A stretch of DNA of 64,000 nucleotides from Sedimentisphaeraceae bacterium JB056 (GTDB taxonomy: Bacteria; Planctomycetota; Phycisphaerae; Sedimentisphaerales; Sedimentisphaeraceae). Of this stretch, positions 36,526 through 46,036 are shown piece by piece. The stretch's first letter is position 1; each line of letters starts with the position of its first letter. Location: positions 224,001 through 288,000 of the forward strand of contig JBITAJ010000028.1 of assembly GCA_044440125.1 (NCBI GenBank). Direction: 5' to 3'. The position numbers and the translations under genes are program-made. The notes beneath the pieces are model-generated. The model worked only from the letters and a program-made list of their open reading frames with translations. It searched no databases and had not been told where the DNA came from.

Positions 36526-38559
36526 TTAAGCTCCTATACCAAGTATCCACATAAACATCCATACTATCACACCGGTAGCAATCCAGCAAAGAATAAACCC
36601 GTAAGTATCGGTCTTTGTCCATTTGCAGAACTCCCAGCTTGATTTCGGGAAAAGCTTTTTGTGATCGAATCTATGGGGCATTTCATAGCTTTTCTGCACT
36701 TCAATCTCATCTTCTTCGAGGGTCGGGGCAATTGGAGTTTTCATTCTCACATAAAACCTATCCAAAATTTGCTTATCGGGAGTCTTTGTAAACAAACTGA
36801 CCAATATAAGCACTACAAACGGGAATATGATATTGACAAGAAACCTTGTTCCAAGCAGACCGGCTCTTGAGAAATTTTCTACAGGGAAACCCATAATCGA
36901 GGCAATATATACCTCAATATTAAATCTGCCGATGCCAACATCAACAGAATCAGGATCATCAGAATCAGCTTTTGCCACTTTGTCAAAAAATATGGCGTTG
37001 ACCCCTCCATCTGTTTCAGCAATTGACTGAACGGTAATCGCGGGTAACCGCTTGAATGAATCGAACTGCACGAGTATCGCAGGCAGAGCAACGAATATCA
37101 AAAGGAAACTTATAACTTCAGTATATATCGCCGCAACAGTCAGCTTTCTCCAAAAGAATATAAGCATAACCACAGAACCAAACGCAACAGGAAGTGCCAG
37201 AAGGACTTTCATAAGCGAAATTATTCCGGTTGATTTTACCGCTACAAAAAGACCAAGTGTAAGGATTACAAAAATCACCACTCGGCCAACAAACACATAG
37301 TGCTTTTCGCTCTTATCAGGGAAAATGGGCGTATACAAATTTCGCACAAACAGTGCTGAAATACAAAGCGAACTCGAATCCATACTAGACATATTTGCCG
37401 CCAATATTCCCGCTATCATAACACCTAATATACCGGTTCCAAGCAGACTCTTGGAAAGATATCCCCAAGTCTGATCGGGGTCGGCTATCTGGTCTTTGAA
37501 TAAACCGAAAGCTATCAATCCCGCCAACGCCCATGCCATCATCATAAAACGCTTGCCAAAGGCTCCGGTTACCACTCCTACTCTTGCCGAATACTCATCC
37601 TTTGCCGAGCCGCCGCCAGCCATATTCGCATAGCCGCCATTAACGCTGACAGCAACCAGCAATATCATGCTTGATATCGAAAACCAGTTATACTCGCTAA
37701 GACTCGAAGAACCAAAAAGATCAAACATATCCGAAGGGACAGCAGCATGAAGCCCAGTAAAACCTCCAAGCTTAGCAAGCCCGAAAGGTATCAGTATTAT
37801 TGAAAACACTATTATCAATAAACCCTGAACGAGATTGGTAACAACCGCCGCCCTGAATCCGCCGCAAATTACATAAAACGCAACTATCGCACCGTATAAA
37901 ATGTAGAAGAAAATCGGAGTATCGCCAAGATAAGACACGTAACCCTTGAGCTGCCCCTTCAGATGCATATTTTCAAGGGTATCATATCTTTCAATCTCTG
38001 CCTCAGTAGCCGAATCAGAAGTAATCTTTTCTTTTATACTATTGTATTCAGAAAACTCCGCAATCATCTGCGATTCGGTAGCGGTATATTTTTCAGGAGA
38101 CTTGATAAGCATTGCCTGCATTGTCTTACCAGCCGCCAGATAGCCAAACCCTACCATAGTAGAGGCAAGCAGTATCGCATAGACAGCGAAGATAGCGGCA
38201 AGTTTTTTATTATTAAAACGATCCTCAAAAAGATCTGCCATCGAAATAAGACGTACGCGACGAAACCATACATTATAGAACCAGTAGAACGGAGTGGCAA
38301 ACATCATTTGCAAGCCTATCCAAACCCCACTAACACCCTGCCGAAACACCTCGGCAGCAACAGTGGCAGCACCGTTTGCATCAGTAGCCCCGCCAAACAT
38401 CAGGAAAAACTGGTACAGCTTACCAAGCTTTCTCCCCGCAAGATAAAAGTCCGTCTCACCGGAAACCTGTTTAGAAAGACGCTGTCCGATATAAAGCATA
38501 CCGAACATATAAAACACGATTATAAGCACATCTATAATGTGCAGTCCTAATATCGTCAT
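36526..38559 (-). CDS. sodium:solute symporter family transporter
   Basis: multiple TM helices, DFYLAGR, GGFRAAVVT, AGILAANMSSMDS. Confidence 0.9.
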   Translation of the reverse strand: MTILGLHIIDVLIIVFYMFGMLYIGQRLSKQVSGETDFYLAGRKLGKLYQFFLMFGGATDANGAATVAAEVFRQGVSGVWIGLQMMFATPFYWFYNVWFRRVRLISMADLFEDRFNNKKLAAIFAVYAILLASTMVGFGYLAAGKTMQAMLIKSPEKYTATESQMIAEFSEYNSIKEKITSDSATEAEIERYDTLENMHLKGQLKGYVSYLGDTPIFFYILYGAIVAFYVICGGFRAAVVTNLVQGLLIIVFSIILIPFGLAKLGGFTGLHAAVPSDMFDLFGSSSLSEYNWFSISSMILLVAVSVNGGYANMAGGGSAKDEYSARVGVVTGAFGKRFMMMAWALAGLIAFGLFKDQIADPDQTWGYLSKSLLGTGILGVMIAGILAANMSSMDSSSLCISALFVRNLYTPIFPDKSEKHYVFVGRVVIFVILTLGLFVAVKSTGIISLMKVLLALPVAFGSVVMLIFFWRKLTVAAIYTEVISFLLIFVALPAILVQFDSFKRLPAITVQSIAETDGGVNAIFFDKVAKADSDDPDSVDVGIGRFNIEVYIASIMGFPVENFSRAGLLGTRFLVNIIFPFVVLILVSLFTKTPDKQILDRFYVRMKTPIAPTLEEDEIEVQKSYEMPHRFDHKKLFPKSSWEFCKWTKTDTYGFILCWIATGVIVWMFMWILGIGA

Positions 38560-40376
38560 CTATCTGCCTCGAATATTTTTCTGAGCTCACCATTCTCTTC
38601 GGCAACAATCTCAAAGGCCTTCTTCTTATTCCAGTTCTCGTCCATCAGACCGTAACGGAACACACCTTTACCCTTGTTGTACCATCGCCAGTGCAGCGGA
38701 ACACGTACATCCATAAGACACCACGGACACCATCCCTTTATCTCCGGAAGTTCACGGAAGCTCTTGTAAGCCTCGCGAAGCATAAGACAATGGAAGTCTT
38801 CGTTGCCCACCTTTTCGGGATCGGAATTAGCGCCCAAAACAGACATCGAGCCAAACTCGCTTATAACTATAGGCTTGTTATAAGGCTTGAGAATGTCAAC
38901 AAGCTTATGATAAGCAATAAGCCCATCACCCGGTTCTGTAACATACAGATTCGCTCCAAGTATATCATACATCTCATAAAATTCGTCAGGATGAGCCGCA
39001 CGCCAACGCTGGCTCTTGATCTGATGATCAAACTCATCACCAATCTTAAAACCACTGCTGAGCGACATTGTTTCATGTGTCTGACATTCAGCGCCGCTTA
39101 TCAGTCTGCCCGGATCCATAGCACGAATCATATCCGCCGCCTCGAACCAATAATCATACTCTTCTCTGCCCGGAGTATGTACGCCATTTTCAAAGCCGTG
39201 AGCACATTCGTTCGACGTCGACCATATGATAAGACTCGAACGGTTCCAATCGCGAACGATTGCATCTGAAAGCATTCCAAGAGCCTGCTCCTTCATATGC
39301 GGCACATCATCTATCTGCGGTACCCAGTAAACGGGAACCTCCTGCCACCACATCAGCCCCGCCTCATCCATCATACGCCCGAACATCTCGGCATAAGGAT
39401 AATGAGCACATCGCAGGAAATTAGCCCCAAGCTCCTTTGCCCTTGCTATCATCTCAGAGATACCTTGAGCCGTAGCACTTCTTCCGGTATCGGCAAACTC
39501 GGAGTGAACACAAACACCGTAGAGGTGAATAGGCTTGCCGTTAAGCAGAATATCACTGCCGCTTGTGCTGATCTGGCGATAACCTATTTTATCAGTAAGT
39601 ATTTCAAAACGAGTTTTTACAACTGTTTCATAAAGCTTTGGATTTTCAGGTGTCCATAAATCTATTTTATCAACATCTATGCTTACACTGCCGCATTCCC
39701 AATTCGCGGCTGCTACGCTTACGGTCTGACTGACACCAAGCTCAGGAATTTCAAAGGTGACATCTTCATAAGAAGATCTGTCACGGCAGTCAAGCAAGAC
39801 TTCGAAATCTATATGAACCTGCCCGGCTTCAATAGTTGTTTGAGTACGGAAATTCTTGACGTAAACCTTAGGTACAAATACCAGCTTAACGCCATTGATA
39901 ATGCCGCCGTCATTATTCCAGTCATAACGGGTTCCGGGAACCCTGTCTTCTTTATGCAGGTTTTCAACAAGTACAAAGAGCCTGTTTGTTTCCTGTAAAA
40001 TATCAGTCACCCTAAAATTGAAAGGCGAATATCCCCAGTCATGCGAACCTACGCTCTGACCATTGAGGTAAATCTCGGAGGTGTAGACAACACCATCGAA
40101 TACCAAAAAAGCCTCGCTGTCGGCTGGAATTTCATCAATCTCAAAATCCCTCATATAGACGGCATGGCCATCATACCATTTAAGTTCCTCAATCTGCTTT
40201 TTCCATGTACCCGGAACTTCTATATCCCAGAACCCCTCTACATCCCAGCAAGGAAAGAAATTGTTGTTCTGCGGTTTATTTTGCCACCATTTCTGCTGAC
40301 GGCACCGCTGCATTGGATCAGGATTGAATTTCCATTTACCGTTTAAATCTATAGATTCTCTGTTATATGTAAACAT
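38556..40376 (-). CDS. glycoside hydrolase family 2 (beta-glucuronidase-like)
   Basis: LNGKWKF, WTPENPKLY, NFLRCAHYP, acid/base WSTSNE, nucleophile ISEFG. Confidence 0.9.
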   Translation of the reverse strand: MFTYNRESIDLNGKWKFNPDPMQRCRQQKWWQNKPQNNNFFPCWDVEGFWDIEVPGTWKKQIEELKWYDGHAVYMRDFEIDEIPADSEAFLVFDGVVYTSEIYLNGQSVGSHDWGYSPFNFRVTDILQETNRLFVLVENLHKEDRVPGTRYDWNNDGGIINGVKLVFVPKVYVKNFRTQTTIEAGQVHIDFEVLLDCRDRSSYEDVTFEIPELGVSQTVSVAAANWECGSVSIDVDKIDLWTPENPKLYETVVKTRFEILTDKIGYRQISTSGSDILLNGKPIHLYGVCVHSEFADTGRSATAQGISEMIARAKELGANFLRCAHYPYAEMFGRMMDEAGLMWWQEVPVYWVPQIDDVPHMKEQALGMLSDAIVRDWNRSSLIIWSTSNECAHGFENGVHTPGREEYDYWFEAADMIRAMDPGRLISGAECQTHETMSLSSGFKIGDEFDHQIKSQRWRAAHPDEFYEMYDILGANLYVTEPGDGLIAYHKLVDILKPYNKPIVISEFGSMSVLGANSDPEKVGNEDFHCLMLREAYKSFRELPEIKGWCPWCLMDVRVPLHWRWYNKGKGVFRYGLMDENWNKKKAFEIVAEENGELRKIFEADR

Positions 40377-40428
40377 AGCTCACTTTCAAATTGCAAAATT
40401 AATTTCAGATTTTAATTTAGCTGTCAAC

Positions 40429-40454
40429 GGGCGAAAACATTGTTTCGCCCCTAC
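40429..40454 (-). repeat. GTAG-type REP palindrome
   Basis: minus strand gtaggggcgaaacaatgttttcgccc. Confidence 0.6.
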
Positions 40455-40468
40455 TGCCTTGTATCTAT

Positions 40469-41566
40469 TCACCCTCGTTTCGCTTCGATCTCAAAGGCGG
40501 TATCAATGAAATAGCGGTAGGTGTCGTATTCGACGCTTTGCGGTATACTGTGATCAGTGTGCAGAATATACGGCACATTATCAAGCACTGTTGGCAATGT
40601 ATCCTCAAGATATGCTTTAACCTGCGACTTATCATTTGTCTCAAGTACACGGATATCAAGGCCGCCGCAAAGAGCAATCTTGCCCGAATAATCTTTCGCA
40701 ATCTTCTTCACGTCCATACCAGCCTTAACTTCCATAGCCTGCAAGCAATTCATACCCGCATCAATAAGCCCCGGTATTAGTGCTTCCACATAGCCGCAGG
40801 AATGAACCATAACCTGCTTATCAAGGCTGTGGGCAAAGCTGAAAAGCTTCTTCTGGTACGGCTGAACTAATTCCATATACATTGCAGGCGACATGAAAGG
40901 TTTGAACTTGAAACCCATATCCTCATAAAACCACATACCATCAGGCTCGCCTTCTTCTGCAAAAAGCTTTTTCGCAAGCTTGATAACCAGATCAGAATAA
41001 ACTTCGCCCATTTCCTTGATCCAGTCGGGTTCCAATGCCATTCCCATAAGCATGTACTCATGACCGCAAACAGGGTGCATTATCTCAAAAACACTAACTC
41101 CCGCCCAGCAGAAAAATTTATCTTTTTCCGCCGCCATTGCCTTTTTCTCCCTGTAAGGACCAACCACGTCTTTAAGACGTACATCATAAAGCGACTCATC
41201 AAGAGCTACCGGTTTAATTTTCTCCGTCCATGCCGCATAATCTTTAATGTCAAAATCCACATGCTCAGGAACACCGCTTTTGTTTTTCCAGAGTTTCAAG
41301 GTTGCGCCATTTCCATTCTTAAAAAGCTTGGTTTCCTCTGTCTCCTCGATTATTGTCTCAGGGTTGTGCGGGTCGGCTGTCATATCGCCGCTGCACCAGT
41401 TTCGTATAATATCAAAATCGAAGTGGAATTCAGGGTTTTCACCTTCTTCAAGATGACCTTCTTTGACCCATTTATCAACAGTCTCAGGCCAAAAATGCTC
41501 AGAAATACCCATACCAACACTGCCATCACCTGCGAGAATCGCAGAAATTTTTTCCTTAGAAGTCAT
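40469..41566 (-). CDS. uroporphyrinogen decarboxylase / MtaA-CmuA methyltransferase superfamily protein
   Basis: YEDMGFK..PFMSPAMY, MVHSCG, QAMEVKAGMD, GGLD, ILHTDHSIP. Confidence 0.85.
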   Translation of the reverse strand: MTSKEKISAILAGDGSVGMGISEHFWPETVDKWVKEGHLEEGENPEFHFDFDIIRNWCSGDMTADPHNPETIIEETEETKLFKNGNGATLKLWKNKSGVPEHVDFDIKDYAAWTEKIKPVALDESLYDVRLKDVVGPYREKKAMAAEKDKFFCWAGVSVFEIMHPVCGHEYMLMGMALEPDWIKEMGEVYSDLVIKLAKKLFAEEGEPDGMWFYEDMGFKFKPFMSPAMYMELVQPYQKKLFSFAHSLDKQVMVHSCGYVEALIPGLIDAGMNCLQAMEVKAGMDVKKIAKDYSGKIALCGGLDIRVLETNDKSQVKAYLEDTLPTVLDNVPYILHTDHSIPQSVEYDTYRYFIDTAFEIEAKRG

Positions 41567-41650
41567 TACATACCGCCTTTTACGTTATAGTTTCAAATTA
41601 TTTCATGAAAAACAACTCTAATAATATAACTGCCGGCAGCAAAATAAAAA

Positions 41651-42559
41651 ATGCTTGTAAAAAACAATAAGATGTCTAAAATTAACATCATGAGCTTTAT
41701 CAAAAGAGACAATAGACCATTTGGGTTTTGTGTTTACCCGCCCGGAGCAACACTCGGACCACGAGTACTGGCCGATTACGAGATAGTATGGATAGAGAGC
41801 GGTTCAGCTGTATGGCTGCATAACGGTGAAGAATATAACCTCATGCCTGGAAGCATCTTACTTGTAAGACCAGGAGACAGAGAAACATTTTACTGGGACA
41901 GGAATAAACATAGCAGCCATTACTTTTACCACTTTGGCCTGAATAAGAAAGCTGCTCCTCCATTAAAAATATATAAAGATGAAAGTTTATGGCCGTTCCT
42001 GCATAATTTACCTCAAAATAACGTGCTTAAACCAATGGCCATGAATGCTTTTCGAATGATCAAAAACGGTAGAAAAGACACTGACCCCATCCTGCAAAGC
42101 ATGCTTCAGCAAATACTGCTTACCTTCGTAAGCGGCTGTTACGAAGTTGAGCAGGAAATGCCGGACGACCTGCCGCCGGCTATCGAAAGAGTGTTCCACT
42201 ACATACACTCAGAATGGAGCAAACTGCCCCTGATAAAACCCGACCTCAAGACTCTTGCTTCAAAATCATTAGTGTCGACAACTCACCTGTGTCGTCTTTT
42301 CAATGAGGCTTTTGAGATGAGTCCGATACAGGTTATAACCATAATGAGGCTCAAACGAGCCTCGACACTTCTGGAACGAACGAATTACAGACTTAAACAA
42401 ATAGCACATCTTACAGGGTTTGAAAACCAATACCACTTCTCACGTTTATTCAAAAAAATATACGGAATAAGCCCCTCTGAATACAGAAAAGATTCATTGA
42501 TAGTCAAGCCATTACCAAGGTCATCGCTAATAGTCAAAAGACTTGACAAAAAGATTTAA
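41651..42559 (+). CDS. AraC family transcriptional regulator
   Basis: cupin (YPPGATLGPR..DYEIVWI) plus HTH (HLCRLF...TGFENQYHFSRLFKKIYGISPSEYR); divergent from the glycan operon; exact start uncertain. Confidence 0.92.
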   Translation: MLVKNNKMSKINIMSFIKRDNRPFGFCVYPPGATLGPRVLADYEIVWIESGSAVWLHNGEEYNLMPGSILLVRPGDRETFYWDRNKHSSHYFYHFGLNKKAAPPLKIYKDESLWPFLHNLPQNNVLKPMAMNAFRMIKNGRKDTDPILQSMLQQILLTFVSGCYEVEQEMPDDLPPAIERVFHYIHSEWSKLPLIKPDLKTLASKSLVSTTHLCRLFNEAFEMSPIQVITIMRLKRASTLLERTNYRLKQIAHLTGFENQYHFSRLFKKIYGISPSEYRKDSLIVKPLPRSSLIVKRLDKKI

Positions 42560-42564
42560 AATGA

Positions 42565-42608
42565 AAAAGCACGGCTTGAGCAAGTCAAAACCTGCCAAAA
42601 CCGTGCTT
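42565..42608. terminator. bidirectional terminator-like hairpin
   Basis: aaaagcacgg...ccgtgctt between convergent genes. Confidence 0.6.
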
Positions 42609-42629
42609 GAAGATTTTTATGTCAATAAT

Positions 42630-43061
42630 CTAAAGCTTCTGTATATCATCTTTTGAAACTACAGTAATTTCACTGTCTGCAAGTACGTTAGAAGCCGCTT
42701 CAGGATTATCAAAACGAAATACCATAAGGGCTTTATCAGAAAATTTTTCGATAAAACCATACATATATTCAATATTAATCTCATTCTTTGAAAGTACATT
42801 GAGTATTTTGGCCAATCCGCCCGGTGTATCTTCCACCTCAACTGCTACAACATTGGTAAGGTTAGCGGTAAAGCCATGTTCCTTGAGAACCTCTATCGCG
42901 GCTGATGGTCTGTCAACAACAAGTCTCATAACACCGAAAGTTTCCGTCTCGGCTATTGTAAGTGCACGTATATTTATATCGTTTTCACCAAATAAATTGC
43001 ACACATCAGACAATCTTCCTTTGCGATTCTCCAAAAAAACTGATATCTGTGTAATATTCAT
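42630..43061 (-). CDS. tandem ACT domain protein
   Basis: QISVFLENRKGRL...INIRAL and VEDTPGGL...INIEYMY. Confidence 0.9.
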   Translation of the reverse strand: MNITQISVFLENRKGRLSDVCNLFGENDINIRALTIAETETFGVMRLVVDRPSAAIEVLKEHGFTANLTNVVAVEVEDTPGGLAKILNVLSKNEINIEYMYGFIEKFSDKALMVFRFDNPEAASNVLADSEITVVSKDDIQKL

Positions 43062-43112
43062 CGTTTTTATTCCTTTCAAAAGCAATCAACTGCCAAAGGC
43101 ATTGAACCTACT

Positions 43113-44414
43113 TTAATTATTCCTCTTGTCAATAACTCGCTTCGCCTTGCCTTCACTTCTGGCTACAGTACCAGGCTCTACCAGCCTTACCTTAGCACTC
43201 AGCGAAAGAACAGAATCCATCTTTTCCTTGATGGTCATCTCAAGCTCATGAAGCTTTTTAATCTCATCGGAGAATATGCTTTCCTCAATCTCAACGAGAA
43301 TTTCAATAGTATCCATACCTTTTTCAGAGCGATCAATCACAAGCTGATAATGCGGCTGGGTTCCTTCAATACCGAGCAGTACATCCTCTATCTGGGATGG
43401 GAAGACATTTATGCCGCGTATGATTATCATATCATCGGTCCTGCCCTTTATCTTGCTTATACGAGGGCTTGTCCTGCCGCAAAGGCACTTCTGGTTATTG
43501 ATGCTCACGATATCCCTTGTGCGATATCTTAACAGCGGAATACCGGTTTTTGTAAGCGTGGTGATAACAAGCTCGCCATTTTCACCTTCAGGAACATATT
43601 CCCCTGTATCAGGGTCTATTATCTCCGGGTAGAACACATCACTGTAGAAGTGGAGTCCGTCCTTATGCTGGCATTCCTGACAAACACCAGGACCAATTAT
43701 TTCGCTAAGCCCATATATATCGGTAGCGACAAGGCCAAGGCTTTCTTCGATATCCTGCCTCATCGACTCACTCCATGGTTCTGCTCCGAAGATTCCAATT
43801 TCCCAGCTGCTCTTGCGAGGATCGAGTCCCATAGCTCTTGCCTCTTCAGCAATATACAAAGCATAACTCGGTGTACAAGCAAGAATGCGAGGTTTGAAGT
43901 CAGTCATCAGTTTGAGCTGACGTTTGGTATTTCCACTTGAAGCAGGAATAACCGTAAGCCCCATCTCAATACCGCCGTAATGAAGGCCAAGGCCGCCTGT
44001 GAAGAGGCCGTAACCATAAGCAACCTGAAGCATATCACCCGGCACCGCACCCGCGCAGCAAAGCGAACGGGCCATAACGGTAGCCCAAAGATGAAGATCA
44101 TCCTTGGTGTAGCCGACAACGGTCGGATTTCCGGTAGTACCGCTTGAGACGTGTATCTCAGAAATATTCTTGATATCCTGAGAGAAAAGTCCAAAAGGAT
44201 AGCTGTCTCTCATATCAAGTTTGGTTGTAAAGGGAAGTTTGCTGAGATCGTCAATACTCTTTATACTATCAGGATTTATACCGACCTGATCGATTCTTGA
44301 CTTGTAAAAAGGGGAATTCTCATAGATATAACTAACGAGATTTTGTAAACGTTCTGACTGCAGGGCCTTAAGCTCTTCGGCGCCCATGCACTCGACATTT
44401 TCGTTCCAGATCAT
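43113..44414 (-). CDS. paaK: phenylacetate--CoA ligase family protein
   Basis: HVSSGTTGNP, YGYGLFTGG, FGAEPWS, DIYGLSE, RYRTRD, GRTDDMIIIRGINVFPSQIE. Confidence 0.92.
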   Translation of the reverse strand: MIWNENVECMGAEELKALQSERLQNLVSYIYENSPFYKSRIDQVGINPDSIKSIDDLSKLPFTTKLDMRDSYPFGLFSQDIKNISEIHVSSGTTGNPTVVGYTKDDLHLWATVMARSLCCAGAVPGDMLQVAYGYGLFTGGLGLHYGGIEMGLTVIPASSGNTKRQLKLMTDFKPRILACTPSYALYIAEEARAMGLDPRKSSWEIGIFGAEPWSESMRQDIEESLGLVATDIYGLSEIIGPGVCQECQHKDGLHFYSDVFYPEIIDPDTGEYVPEGENGELVITTLTKTGIPLLRYRTRDIVSINNQKCLCGRTSPRISKIKGRTDDMIIIRGINVFPSQIEDVLLGIEGTQPHYQLVIDRSEKGMDTIEILVEIEESIFSDEIKKLHELEMTIKEKMDSVLSLSAKVRLVEPGTVARSEGKAKRVIDKRNN

Positions 44415-44639
44415 TTTAGAAAGACCTCAAAAAAGTAAGATTTCTATACCAACAACGGAACAACGCGTCCCGAAAACACACTTCATCCACCTCTACTTAT
44501 ATGAAAAATTATTATAACCCATGAAATCTATTATGCAAGTAAAAACGGAAAGTGGATTTTTCTTGTAAACAATATACTTTGCGGGGAGTTTCGTGATAGT
44601 AATCTGTCGAGATTCAAGGCGAGCTTTAAAATAAAAAAG

Positions 44640-44710
44640 AGCGGGTGATGGGAATCGAACCCACGTGGCCAGCTTGGAAGGCTGGGGCTTTACCATTAAG
44701 CTACACCCGC
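44640..44710 (-). tRNA. tRNA-Gly (anticodon TCC), CCA not encoded
   Basis: GCGGGTGTAGCTTAATGGTAAAGC-CCCAGCCTTCCAAGCTGG-CCACGTGGGTTCGATTCCCATCACCCGCT folds as a cloverleaf. Confidence 0.96.
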
Positions 44711-44940
44711 TTTAGAAGTTGCATAGCATATATATTTCAGTTTATTTGTCAAGCGATGAATAACTATTTTTTAACAAAAACTAAGTAGAAGATGTATCAC
44801 CGCTTAATTATAGATGATCAGCCATTGTTAAAGTAAATTTGAATTATATTTAACATTTAATGCAATAACATGTATACTATCATCCATTTACGCGTTTTAT
44901 GAAGCGTTATCCAGAATTAATGTAACAATAAGGTGATATA

Positions 44941-45729
44941 ATGAAAATAGCACGAATCAAGGTGGGCGAGGCAATCTTTTATGCCTCTGTAGGTGAAAAT
45001 GAGTTTGAAATAATAAATGGCAATATATTCGGCGAAATTGAACTAAGCGGAGAAAAAGTAGCAGCCTCTGAATGCACTCTGCTGGCTCCAATTGAACCTT
45101 ATCAGATAATAGCAATCGGGGCTAACTACCGCCGGCATGCTGATGAGTGCGGCATGGAATATCCTAAGGCACCCATTGTTTTCATCAAAGCCAACAGCTC
45201 TCTGGCAGGGCCCGGCGACGATGTAATTTTGCCGAAAATGGCTCCAAATGAGGTAGACTTTGAGGCTGAGCTGACCATTGTAATAGGTAAGACGGCCAAA
45301 AACATCACCGAAGATGAGGTTGATGACTATATATTAGGCTATACCTGCGGCAATGATATCTCTGCAAGAGACTGCCAGCTAAAGCTTGATGTGCAGTGGG
45401 CAAGAGGCAAGAGCTTCGACACATTCGCGCCTATCGGCCCATGGATAGCAACAGGTCTGGATGGTGACAACCTCGATATAAGTCTGACACTAAACGGGGA
45501 AAAGGTGCAGGACTCAAACACCTCCGATCTAATATTCAACTGCCGCTATCTGGTCAGCTACCTGTCGAGATGCATGACATTGCATCCGGGAACGATCATA
45601 ATGACAGGCACTCCTTCAGGCGTAGGCATGGGACGCAAACAAAAGCTATACCTCAAAGAAGGAGACAATATGAGTGTTACCATAGAAGGTATCGGAACAC
45701 TCCAAAACACTGTCAGCAAAGAAATGTAA
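44941..45729 (+). CDS. fumarylacetoacetate hydrolase family protein
   Basis: IIAIGANYRRH, VDFEAEL, GYTCGNDISARD, GKSFDTFAPIGP, IMTGTPSGVG. Confidence 0.93.
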   Translation: MKIARIKVGEAIFYASVGENEFEIINGNIFGEIELSGEKVAASECTLLAPIEPYQIIAIGANYRRHADECGMEYPKAPIVFIKANSSLAGPGDDVILPKMAPNEVDFEAELTIVIGKTAKNITEDEVDDYILGYTCGNDISARDCQLKLDVQWARGKSFDTFAPIGPWIATGLDGDNLDISLTLNGEKVQDSNTSDLIFNCRYLVSYLSRCMTLHPGTIIMTGTPSGVGMGRKQKLYLKEGDNMSVTIEGIGTLQNTVSKEM

Positions 45730-45735
45730 TCACTG

Positions 45736-45773
45736 GCATCTATGACACTGTCAAACTGGCGTGTCATAGATGC
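45736..45773. terminator. hairpin after the FAH gene
   Basis: 13-bp perfect stem gcatctatgacac / gtgtcatagatgc followed by ttt. Confidence 0.6.
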
Positions 45774-45905
45774 TTTAATGCCCACTTTGCCGAATCAAGT
45801 CCAGTATCAACTCTTGAGCTGAGGCTTAATATCAAAAGCATAAACACTTCCTTTACAGTGCTTTACACAAAAAATCCCTGCCAAAATTAACACAAAACAA
45901 TCTTT

Positions 45906-45921
45906 TGGCACTATTTTTGCT
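45906..45921 (+). promoter_or_regulatory. sigma-54 (RpoN) -24/-12 promoter of the groEL-groES-groEL-dnaJ-grpE cluster
   Basis: TGGCACT-ATTT-TTGCT, GG-N10-GC spacing. Confidence 0.82.
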
Positions 45922-46036
45922 TATAACAAGTTCTACAGGTGGTGCGATATCTGTCCAGACAAAACAGAGATCGCAAACACCGTAGCGTTAAAGAAGTATA
46001 CAGAAACTTATAATCGTTAACAGGAGTAATTAAGAT

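Noticed and set aside
44493..44710. tRNA-Gly as an integration site, and the 67-aa ORF overlapping it
   Set aside because: No integrase and no duplicated tRNA 3' end in the window; the ORF is just the tRNA sequence read through
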